Positions 53,740 through 64,000 of a stretch of DNA of 64,000 nt are shown here, one piece after another. A program made the position numbers and the translations under genes. Numbering within the stretch: position 1 is the first letter of the stretch; the number at the start of each line of letters is the position of its first letter. Below the pieces are notes generated by a model, which worked only from the letters and a program-made list of their open reading frames with translations, was not told the origin of the DNA and did no database searches. The stretch is from Octopus bimaculoides (taxonomy: Eukaryota): assembly GCF_001194135.2 (NCBI RefSeq), contig NC_068998.1, positions 40,032,625-40,096,624 of the forward strand, read 5' to 3'.

Positions 53740-55374
53740 TCCTAATCAATATTCTCTGCAAAAGAGTAATGTTCATTCTTTGTTTTTGCCATAACTAAAT
53801 CCACTTCAATTTTCTGAGAGAAGCATTTATTGTTCTGAGGTGGATGCTGACCTTCAAAAGACTTGTATTTTGAACTTTCAAGAAGAAATTACTGCTTTTG
53901 TATTTGGAATGTCAGCACATGATAACCTGTATTTCTGTAATCTGGTGTCCATAAAGGGAAACCTGTAAATATTTCCCTTTATGGATACCAGAAGCAATAA
54001 CAGCATAAATAGCTATTTTGTTAAGATGCTCAACAAAACTGTTCAGGTTCCATTGCCATGGTCATTAGCTGCATAAAAATTTTGGAGAAGTGCACTGGGA
54101 GCACATCCTTTAAAAAACAATCTGTATTAAATCATTCCACTCAAGCAATTTGTGTTTAAAATTTCAGTTGAGTAAAGATGTACCTTATTACTATTGAATG
54201 TTGTTTCATTGCTTAAATATGTTTTTATTTGATATGTAAAGCTGTCTATCAAAATGTCATTAACTTTTGTAATGCCATTGTTAGTTTGACAAGGAACTGC
54301 ATGCTCACAGATCTTGTCCACAGGTTTAGTTTTACTGGAGGTTTGCAAAACTATATTGTTGCAAAAACATCTTTGAATTTGCGCAGGAAACAAAATTACC
54401 TGAAATTTGTATCTTCAATTGACCTTACTAGTTTGGCTCTTGTAAAGTGTTCTCAACTTTTACCTATCCATATTTCTGGTGAGTTGCATCATCTGAGGTT
54501 CTTCCTAAAGCAAAGAGTTCTTGAAGCATTTATTCATTACTTCCGCATGACCTTCATTCATGTGGTACAACTGGAAGAATTTAGTACCAGTCACCAGAAA
54601 ACACCATTATAATTCTGTTAAAAAAGTTTATCAGTTTCATGGATATCATAAAATTTGTGATCCAGAAACATTAGCACACCGGACGAAATGCTTAGCAGTA
54701 TTTCGTCTGTCTTTATGTTCTGAGTTCAAATTCCACTGAGGTCGACTTTGCTTTCATCTTTTTGGGGTCGATAAATTAAGTACCAGTTGCATATTGAGGT
54801 TGATCTAATCGACTGGCCTCCTCTCTGCAAAATTTCGGGCCTTGTGCCTAGAGTAGAAAAGAATTTGTGATTCATTACCTCAAATACTTTCTTTTAACTG
54901 TAGTTACTTCATCTATGCTGACTAAACCTGTTCGGCTGATTAGCTAAGCAGTTGCACTCCTTTATGATATGTCACAATTTGAATGCCCAGTTATCTTTAA
55001 AGGCACTTTGAAGGGAGAATGTATAGTTTAGCCATTAGGTGTTGCAGCAATTTCTGGTGTTACTGTTGCAAGAGAAATTTTGTTTTCATATTGCATTCTG
55101 GCAAATATTGTTAAGAAAAAGACGCTTTCGTTATTTCTTTCTAGAATATCAAGTCAATAAATTGTCCACATACTTCCTTAACTGATGTGATAATGCATTT
55201 ATAAACAGGCTGCTGTTCTGTATTCAGTACAGGAATGCTGGTGTCCATTATCTGTTTTAGCTGTTCTGTATTATATTCTAACTCTTCTATGGTATGGTCC
55301 AATTGTATTTTCATAGTTTCCGAAAGCATTTTACTAAGAATCCTGTCTATTGGTTGTACTTTAACACAATGCAT
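53740..55374 (-). pseudogene. Helitron Pif1-family SF1 helicase domain, disrupted
   Basis: ORF 55141-55374 (ELEYNTEQL..LNTEQQPVY) precedes motif I. Motifs Ia/Ib/II lie at ~54.9-55.1 kb, motif III GDWY*ILPV at ~54.57-54.61 kb, and ORF 54127-54393 ends EILNTNCLSGMI. The C-terminal motifs are heavily decayed. Confidence 0.85.
54662..54861 (+). mobile_element. tRNA-derived SINE (family B), slightly 5'-truncated, inserted in the Helitron helicase
   Basis: B-box GAGTTCAAATTCC and body GAGGTCGACTTTGC..TTTGGGGTCGATAAATTAAGTACCAG. 10-bp TSD AATTTGTGAT (54652-54661 and 54862-54871). Confidence 0.9.
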
Positions 55375-55433
55375 CTTGTCTTCACCTAAAGTATAGGAGT
55401 GATAGTTCTAGACAGTTACGGGATTGGATGGTC

Positions 55434-57600
55434 TTATATATATAAAAGGATTGTTGTAAACACCTGGTGACATGCCTTTCCAACTGACACATTGGCTCTT
55501 TCTTTTATCATGTTATGACTTACTCTATCAGTACCAATTTTTGCAAGCTTCTTGATGACATAATTACATCTATTGTTCTTAAAACTTGTTGGTCTTGGTT
55601 TATAGTATAGTAGCATTCTTATGAAGTTGAGCTCTACTTAATGAGGTTTGAGATTGATGACAGGAATCCTGCCAGTCATATTATTCAGTCTGTCACTTTC
55701 CACTACACCTCCAAACATCTTTCTCTTAATTACTTCATATTTTCTTGCAAACTTTTTATTGAAGCATCTGCAATATTGGAAGATATCTAAATAAAGTATA
55801 TTGTTTGCTTTTAGAGCAGCAACATTAAGTTCAAAGAGTCCACTCAACGTAGTCACCACTAGCCTGTAGTTTGCCACATCATTTGCTTCATTAGGTTCAA
55901 GAAGAACAATTTGATCATACTGTAAATGCACTGGAAGCTTTTGTATAGGAGAATATCAATTGTTATATGGGAAATTTCATTGAGGCCCTAATAAATGATT
56001 GTGATACTGATATATCATGTGTTTGAATCTCATCTAAAACCTGCTCTCCCCTTGACTTTTGAACTAGGACATGAACCAATCCTTTGGTAACATGCTTGTA
56101 GAAGTTCTTCACTGCCTTTATGCTCTTCATACTTTGTTTTGAGTGTAAGGTTATACAATACGACCTTACAACTGAACTTTGCAGGTTTGCACAATGGAAG
56201 ATGCACATTTATGTTCTGTTAGGTTTCTATAAAAAGGCTTGGAATTTTCAGTCAACAGTCTAACTTGAAAATTGTTTTAGAATCCTTTTTCACATTTATA
56301 ATCTGTTCCTTCACCCTTTCACCAGACATACATAGATTATTAAAACTAGTATTTCTACCAGACTAAGGATCATATTCTTTTTAACTTCATCAAACAACAA
56401 AGAATGCCTTTCTTTATCTGGAATCTCAGCACAAATAAATCAATCAATATAAGCCAATTTGGGATTTATTTCCTTGTGTGAAGATAACAAGAACTTGAGC
56501 ATGGCAGTCCTTCCTTCAGGTCCTCTTTCATACATATATAAAGCAATTACTTTTCCAAGGTAATCATCTTCAAGTAAATCATGAAAAGCTATTTCAGATT
56601 TTGTGGAAACAATGTTACCATATTATCTGGTTGATCATTTGGTTTTTAAACCTGGTAAAAGGGTTGACTTAAATCTTATTCCAATTTGGATTTGTTATAA
56701 AAGTAATGAAGAAACCTGGCTTATCATAGTATCTGATGATACTCGTGAAATCTTGAAATGCTTCTGCATACCACCTTGGTGATTCATACAAACTTACTGG
56801 TAATATGATTTTGTTTCCTCACTCTGATTTAATTGTCTCTCTTCACACAACATCCACAAGTCTTTTGTACTTGTCTGCACAAATTGATTTTTTTGTTATA
56901 ATTATACCACTTTAATCTTTGCTTTATTATCTTAATAAAGCCATCAATTGCATATTGCTGGAAGTTTTCACAATTTCAAAATTACATTGAAATTTTTTTG
57001 AGAGTGTACATTCAATCTGTAGTAGCTGTACAGTATGGAAGAAGTCTGGTTATTATTTCTGATACTCTTAACATATAAATTACTAGCAAAAGGAAACCTG
57101 AAAACCTGATGTGAAGGACATTATAACTTTGATGTATTCCATTTATATTTCAAGCTGCTTCTGTATTTATGTATTACTACAGCCAGACTTTCTATTGCTT
57201 CATTGAACAGCAGAGCAACCACTTTGTATTGGGCATGAAATAGTGCTCCTTATGGTCACCATTTTGGCTTCTTGTTCTCAGTACTACTTTAATCTCTTCT
57301 CTTTTGGTGATCTCAGTAGCAAACTTGAAATCTCTTTGGTTCAATTTAAGGTATCTTGCAACTTAACTATCACATCAAAGTTCATTGTCGGATTTTTTTT
57401 CGTATGTTGTAAAAAAAAAAATCTATGCAATCTTTAGTCACACATTTTCACATGGAATAAGTGACCTTTTGATGCAACGAGTTTGACTGTAACCTGATAT
57501 TGTTGTTTCCTGATAACCAAGAGAAGCCATGGGATTGTTGTAACTTGTGATTTTGTCAAGGAAATGAATCCATCTGGAGGGATGAATTTAATATTACCTT
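55434..57600 (-). pseudogene. Helitron Rep (HUH endonuclease) domain and adjacent conserved region, disrupted
   Basis: Motif 1 region FITFITNPNW (~56.68 kb). The HUH motif is frameshifted as GGACTGCC-ATGCTCAA (~56.49-56.51 kb). SIKAVKNFYKHVTKG..DEI..FPI (ORF 55963-56208) and VHL..TTL..FELN..GRI (ORF 55638-55931) follow. Confidence 0.9.
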
Positions 57601-57608
57601 TAGAACAA

Positions 57609-58063
57609 GCTGGCTGAATCTTTAGCATGACAGACAATATGCTTAGCAGCATCCCATCCTTCTTTATGTTCTGAGTTCAAATTTTACCAAGGTGGAAAGC
57701 GAAACCGTCAATGGCACTTGTGCCCAGCATCGCCTTCCTGGCACTTTTGCCGGATGGCAAGTGTAAAGACATTTGAGCGAGATCATTGCCAGCTGGACAT
57801 CCAGCTGTAGAAAGTCTGCCAAATCAGATTGGAGCCTGGTGTAGCCATCTGGTTTCACCAGTCCTCAGTCAAATCGTCCAACCCATGCTAGCATGGAAAG
57901 CGGACGTTAAACGACGACGATGATGATGATGATGTGGACTTTGCCTTTCATCCTTTCAGAGTCAATAAATTAAGTACCAACTGAGTACTGGAGTGGATGT
58001 TATCGATTAACCTCTCCTCCAAACTTGCTGGCCTTGTGCCAAAACTTGAAATCAGTATTAGCA
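57609..58063 (+). mobile_element. Family-B SINE inserted in the Helitron and itself interrupted by a family-C retroposon
   Basis: 9-bp TSD TTAG(A/T)ACAA (57600-57608 and 58064-58072). The SINE sequence breaks at GGTGGA and resumes at GTGGACTTTGCC. Confidence 0.85.
57697..57933 (+). mobile_element. Family-C (ATG)n-tailed retroposon (RTE-like 3' end), 5'-truncated
   Basis: Ends CCAACCCATGCTAGCATGGAAAGCGGACGTTAAACGACGACGATGATGATGAT. 5-bp TSD GTGGA (57692-57696 and 57934-57938). Confidence 0.85.
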
Positions 58064-58912
58064 TTAGTACAACAGTGGTTTGATATTTTACTTTGTGGAT
58101 TGCAAAAGCTGTGCACTTATCCTTGTTATTCTCTTTGAAAAGTCCTGGCTTTGTACTGTCAGTTATTGACTGTGGCAGTACTGATTCTTGGAAAGAAGCT
58201 TAATTCAAGTTAACAACATGCATCTTTTCTTTCAAAGTTTTATGAAAGCAAGCTTGAGCATTGTTACCATTCTGTCACCTTCCAGACAAGTCTTCCTTTC
58301 TTCTCTTTGATTTAATCAGGCATCAGTTCTATAGTTTTTATTAGCTGCTAGGTGGATGTTTGTTTCTTCTTCATAGTCTTTTAATCAAGCAGCAGCCATA
58401 CAGTTTATGTTTGCTACTAGATGGGTCTTCCTTTGTTTTTCACCTTTACCTGTATCCTGATGATGCTTCCTTTTGAATTTTTCCATTCTACTATGATATT
58501 GCCATTACAATAACTTAAGGAGGTTCAAAAAATGTTCTGTATTTGTCATTTCTAGAGTATTTAGGAAGTTGAAAAGGATCTCTGAAAACCATCTTTTTGT
58601 AAATGAGCTATTAGTGGAGTCTAAATTTTTATAGGTGGTTGCCATTGGGGATTAAAACTGAATTTTTTTGAGGGAGAAGGGACATGAACTTCTATGGAAT
58701 GGGAAGAAATAAGACACTTGTTCCCATTATTCTCATGGTAAGTTTTGACTATTAGTTATTAACTGTAGCAGTACTGACTCTTGGAAAGAAGCACAATCTC
58801 AACCTCTTCATACTCCCTTTATTTTCCCAATCTTTTTCTCTTACTTTCTCTCTTCCAGAGTGATTCTTTTTATTACTCTCTCATTTTTTCCTTCCTCTCC
58901 CTCAACTAAGTA

Positions 58913-58946
<34 letters not shown>

Positions 58947-58974
58947 AGAGTGTTAGGTGTGATGTTGAACATTT

Positions 58975-59014
<40 letters not shown>

Positions 59015-59514
59015 TCTTTCTCTGCTTACACTCCTTACAAAGGGAACGCAAATTTCACAAATTGGCAGTAAACAAATATCCTAAGGCAACTTGTAAAATG
59101 CATATGATATATTAATGTTGAAAAATATTTCTCATAACAAGAAAATACTTCATGTGTAAAAGGTTTTAGAGAAGTTAATAAAAATAGACAAAAGACTATA
59201 TCTATTTCAATGTATTGATATATATGTATAAAATATATACTTAAATCTCATACTTAAATCTATTTAGCACAATAAAATCGAAGCTAGGGGACTTGTCTGT
59301 TGATATAAAAAATACATATATTCAGGCAATAAAGTATCTGACCTGATGCACAAATGTATTCCTATTAACAAAGTATAGTTAAACAAAATGAACATTACAA
59401 AATACCATCTGATTACCAAATGTTATATTAGGTGAGAGATGGCATGGCTTGTACCATTAAGGACTAAAAAGTTTCTGACATACTCTGTGGTAGTCAGCTT
59501 GTTAACATTGGAAT

Positions 59515-59900
59515 GGGCATGGCTGTGTGGTTTAGAAGCCCACTTTGCAATTATATGGTTTCAGGTTCAGTCCCACTGCGTGGCACCTTGGGCTTCTATT
59601 ATAGCTTGAGGCTGACTAATGCCTTGTGATTGAATTTGGCAGACACACAGAAACTGTGTGGAAGCCCATCATGTGTGTGTGTGTGTGTTTAAGTTTGTTT
59701 CCTTATCACTACCTGACAAGTGTTGGTTTGATTATGTCCCCTGTGACTTAGCAGTTCAGCATTAGAGGTCAATAGAATAAGTACCAGGCTTTAAAAAAAT
59801 ATGAGTACTGGCAATCAGTTTGTTCAACTGAAAACCCTTCATGATGGTGCTCCAGTATGGCTGTAGACCAATGACTGAAACAAGCTAAAAGAAAAAAGAA
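59515..59900 (+). mobile_element. Family-A SINE
   Basis: Collinear with the 2020-2430 copy. Partial copies also lie at ~7460-7545 (-), 8152-8310, 11000-11120 (-), 29462-29600, 37065-37200 and 53248-53420. Confidence 0.75.
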
Positions 59901-62045
59901 CTAACTTGGTCATGTGACAGTTAAGTATTCCTGCCACCAATATCACACAACAGCAATGATAGAATTGAATTTATTGACCCTTTTGTTGTTAAAAGCCAGC
60001 ACCCTAACAACCTACTCAGCTGCTGGCAATATAGAAAAATTTAATTGTTGTTGATGATGATGGTATAGAAATCTGTCCAGTATTGAACTCCACTTAAATA
60101 TGACAAAAATTTTAATGTTTTAACCATTGATTTACCCATTTTTATTTTTTTTCACTATTTCATTGATTTTATTTTATGTTGTGTTGAGGAGCCAGATTTA
60201 ATCATTTTTCAATTTAATTTCATAACTTTCCTTCTTTCTTTCTTGTTCATAAATTGTTTTGAATTTAATCAATCAGTGATTTCATTTTTTTTTTTTTGCA
60301 CTCCTATTTTTATGTCTTTGTATACATCATGCGAGCATGGGTGGTGATGGTTTATGCAAATCTGGACAGTTGTATATTGTTGAAGTAATTGCATTTTTTT
60401 TTTAACCCCTTTCTCCCACCATGCCAATAATCAAGATGTCTGACCCTTGCTACTGTTAATTACTTTACTGTAAAATAGTACTGGCAATAGTACCTAGGAA
60501 TTAGTCTAACCAGGAAGAGTAAACCATGTACAGTTATGTCTTGGTTAGAGGTACCACCATCACAATGGTGGTGGGGTAGTAGTGGTGTTGTTGTTGTTGG
60601 TGGTTGTAGTAGTAGTAGGAGGAAGAGCCAAAGCAGCAGCAGCATTAGTAAAGGGTTTGATATCGTTACCATGTGGTCTGTAGAATAGCTTCTTAAATGT
60701 CTCAACTGCCATTGGGCATCACTCTTGAATAAACTTTGCAGAATCTGACCTAACTAGAAATAACCTATCACTAAAATAAATCTGATCTTTTATTATTATT
60801 ACTTTATTTTCTCTGAGAGAAGCATAGAAACATAAAGATTTTTTCAAAGGTTTGTGTGATGGGACAACTGGCTGATTTAATAATATGGAGGTGATTTAAA
60901 TCTTGCTTGAGGTGTTGTTTTATGCTCTTAGGCACAACATACATTATTCTGTTTGTTTCAAAGAATGCTGCAATTTTAGCTTTCTTGACTGTTTGATCCT
61001 TGCAGAGTATGCAGCTATTAAACAAATGCTCTAATATTCCTTTATGCGCATGTGTGTGTGTGTGTATGTGTGTACTGGTAGGGAAAAAAGCTAACTTGCT
61101 CTTTCCCTGGTCCACTACAGGGGCTAACTAGTGACAGTAAGCTGTGTATAAGAGGGTTGCAAGTAGGTGAAAAGAGCTTTGTTCTTAGCTACTGCTGCAG
61201 TAGAAACATCACACCACCCTGTATAAATGCAGAGTTGTGTACATGATGCACTCACTAAATGGATGTATGTGTATGCATGTATCATGATTAATATAAGACA
61301 AAGCTTCCAGGTAAAACAAATATATACAACCTGGTTTCAATTCCCAGTTGTTGCTTACTCATTTTATATATAGCATTAATATTTTAAGAAGAGACCAAGC
61401 TATCACATCTTCCATCACTGTCTTATTGGAGTCAAGAAGACTTTATCAGTTGCTGGATATCACTGAACATGAAAGCTTTAACTAGCTATTGATTTACTTC
61501 TTCATATTAAAGCAGTTGATTATTAAATATTTGATAATATTAATAATGATGATCATGATGGTTTTTGACCACAAGTTTGTGGAGAAGTGTATGTGGATTA
61601 CATCAGCTTCACTACTTGACATGTACTTTATCAATATTGATTTCTAACAATGGAAGGTGACAAGCTGGCAGAACTGTTAGCACACTGGGTAAAATGCTTA
61701 GTGGTATTTCATCCATCTTCACATTCTGAGTTCAAATTATGCCAAGGTTGACTTTGCCTTCTGGTTTCAAATTTTGGTACAAGGCCAGTAATTTTGAGGG
61801 AAGGGGTACATTGATTACACCAGTCCTGGTGCTCAGCTGGTACTTATTTTATCAATCCTGAAAGGATGGTAGGCAAAGTCGACCTCAACAGAATTTGAAC
61901 TCAGAACATCAAGATGGACAAAATTCCACTGAACATTTTGCCCAACAAGCTAATGATTCTGCCAGTTAACCACCCACCACCACCACCACCACCCTTCTAA
62001 TATTGACATATGCTCATAAATTTTGGAGGAAGTGCAGTTAATTAA

Positions 62046-62250
62046 CCCTTTTGATACCAGCCTGCCTGAAACAGCTTCTGGCTCTAGTACAAATGTCTTG
62101 TTTTCAAAAACTCTAAATTAAAATCTTTCACAATTTATGTTCCTAACAGTAGTTAATGATAACTAAGTTATTTTATTAAATTCTTTGTTATATTTAAAAT
62201 TAATTGAAAGAAACACAGAGCATCTCAACAGAAATATGGTAGCAAAAGGG
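62046..62250. mobile_element. piggyBac-type MITE
   Basis: TTAA-CCCTTTTGATACCA ... TGGTAGCAAAAGGG-TTAA (TIR 13/14, TTAA on both sides). Confidence 0.85.
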
Positions 62251-64000
62251 TTAAATGAATTAGAGTATACTACTGGCACTATATTTTTTCAACTTTGGAA
62301 AGATGAATAGGAAAATTCACCTCAGCACAATTTGAACTCAGAATGAAAAGGGACATAACTAATTACTGCATGGCATTTCATTGGATGCTTTACCAATCCA
62401 CTCTTCTCCACCAGCAACATTATTTTGCCAATCTACTCCCTTCAACAACAATAATGATTGTTTATAATTTAGAGACAAGACCAGTAGTTTTGAAGAAAAG
62501 GTGTTAATTGATGCCATGGACCCCAGTACTTGATTGGTATTTTATTTTATCATCCCTGAAAGGATGATAAGCAAAGTTGATGGTAATTTGAATTCAGAAA
62601 GTAAAGAACCAGAACAGTATCCACCAAGCAAGAAATTTGAGGAGTGGGTTTGTTCGTTTGAATCAACCACAGCACTGTGCTGGTGTTTTATTTTATTGGC
62701 CTCAGAAGGATAAAAGGTGAAGTTGACTGTGGTGGATTTGAACTCAGTCTGTAAATAGTTGGAATGAATACTATGAGGTATTTTATTGGATGTTTTAATT
62801 ATTTTGCTGTAATTTTAACACAAGGTCACCTATTTTGAGTAATGAGTATAGAATATTTAATTCAACTCTCTAGGTGTTTATTTCATCTCAGTAGGAATGA
62901 TAATGTAACCTTTAGTTAAATAAAAACATAGGATAATGTAACTTAAATACTGCAGTACTCTGTTACTTCTGAGACCCAACCACACATACACAAATATTTA
63001 TTTGTTATTGTACCTTTGCCTATAAATATGTTTATATATATATATAAGTTTGTATAGGTGTTAATACATACACATATATAAGTTTACATCTATATGTGGT
63101 TGAATATTGCAAACAACTCCACTCATGTAATTTTGGCTGGTCTCAAGAGAACCTCCAAGTTCTGCATTTTTAACCATGGCTACACTCACACATATATAAG
63201 GTTTGAATGTGTATATGATACCAACTCTGAATGGAAACAAACTTTCTGACAATTAAGCACTATTCAGTTGCAGACCTGACTAGATATGGGTATATAGTAT
63301 ATGTAATGTAATATATATGTATGGGGGTATTAATAGTTTGTATATATATTTATGTAAATATAATGTGTGTGTGTAATCATCACTTAACATCCATGTTCCT
63401 GGTTGGTATGGGTTGAATGGCTTGACAATCTGATATGTATCCAAGGACTGCATGCACTTTGTGCTCATAATCCACATACACTTCATGCTCCAGTGTCTGA
63501 TTTGGTGCGATTTCTATGGTTGGATGCCCTTCTTAATACCAACCACTTTACACCATGGGTAAGGTACATTTTTCGTTCCAGCACTACTGTTGAGTTTGCC
63601 ATGCAGCTCGCAGAACTACAAACCCTGATGGGAGCAGTCAGCTTCATGCTAGGGGACAAGAGGATTGAACTATGAGAAGTGGGGAGGGGTGCACATTGCA
63701 GGTCTTATAGAGGATCTGCATGGTCACTATATGTATACATTGTAGCACTGTGATATTTATTAATATATGATAACAGAAAAAACACAATCAACTCAGTACT
63801 GTTACAAAGTGGATATTTATGTGTTAAACAGTATCAATATGTTTGTGACACAATTTTTAAAGATCATGATGTACACACATGGATAGTCAAGTGCATATGG
63901 TTTGAATAATAAACAATGGTGAAACTGTGCAGTAATGGCAGTGTAAGTAACATACTGTACTATTTAAAGTACATATGCAGACACACATACACACTCACAT

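Larger units (their letters stand above)
53740..58500 (-). mobile_element. Helitron (rolling-circle transposon), decayed Rep/Helicase ORF with nested SINEs; termini not identified
   Basis: Collinear degenerate motifs on the minus strand: N-terminal charged repeats (~58.2-58.5 kb), C..C...CCSKG, HFLDKITSYNN, FQQYAIDGFIKI, GNKIILPVSLYESPRWY..FQD...YDKPGFFITFITNPNW, GLP/HAQVLV, FICAEIPD, TTLSGLFELN, PTSF, ELEYN..LNTEQ, AAT..G.TIHSPFKVPL, SIDE, FSGDWY*ILPVVP, QLTRNM, LNTNCLSGM. Many stops and frameshifts. Confidence 0.95.

Noticed and set aside
60460-60750. Protein-like minus-strand frames (e.g. MAVETFKKLFYRPHGNDIKPFTN...)
   Set aside because: Short, running into trinucleotide low-complexity sequence, with competing frames and no recognisable homology.
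1-64000. Most ORFs in the six-frame track (poly-YI, CV, HT, N, I, H peptides and X-containing ORFs)
   Set aside because: They are translations of (TA)n, (TG)n, (AAT)n and (CAT)n microsatellites, SINE bodies or N gaps, which lack stop codons in some frames.

Overview
AT-rich, microsatellite-dense eukaryotic scaffold with six N gaps. The repeat complement (tRNA-headed SINEs, (ATG)n-tailed retroposons, (TA)n/(TG)n/(AAT)n/(CAT)n runs) resembles an Octopus-type cephalopod genome; this is an inference from repeat families. No host protein-coding gene can be confidently assigned, and almost all ORFs in the track are microsatellite artefacts. Recognisable content: a ~4.8-kb decayed Helitron Rep/helicase ORF (minus strand, ~53.7-58.5 kb) with nested SINEs, a fold-back mariner remnant, hAT- and piggyBac-type MITEs, several LINE fragments and many SINE copies. 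The main finding is a set of type I hammerhead ribozyme motifs in at least four unrelated repeat families. (1) One with an intact catalytic core at 46781-46865 (-), inside a 429-bp tandem repeat whose upstream copy begins at the cleavage triplet (retrozyme-like). (2) A minimal one downstream of a tRNA-like Pol III head in a 290-bp TSD-flanked element at 42.4-42.7 kb. (3) A pair at the ends of a ~680-bp palindrome at 40.65-41.33 kb. (4) Two decayed copies at 3.3 and 12.0 kb. All folds and alignments were made by eye and need computational confirmation.
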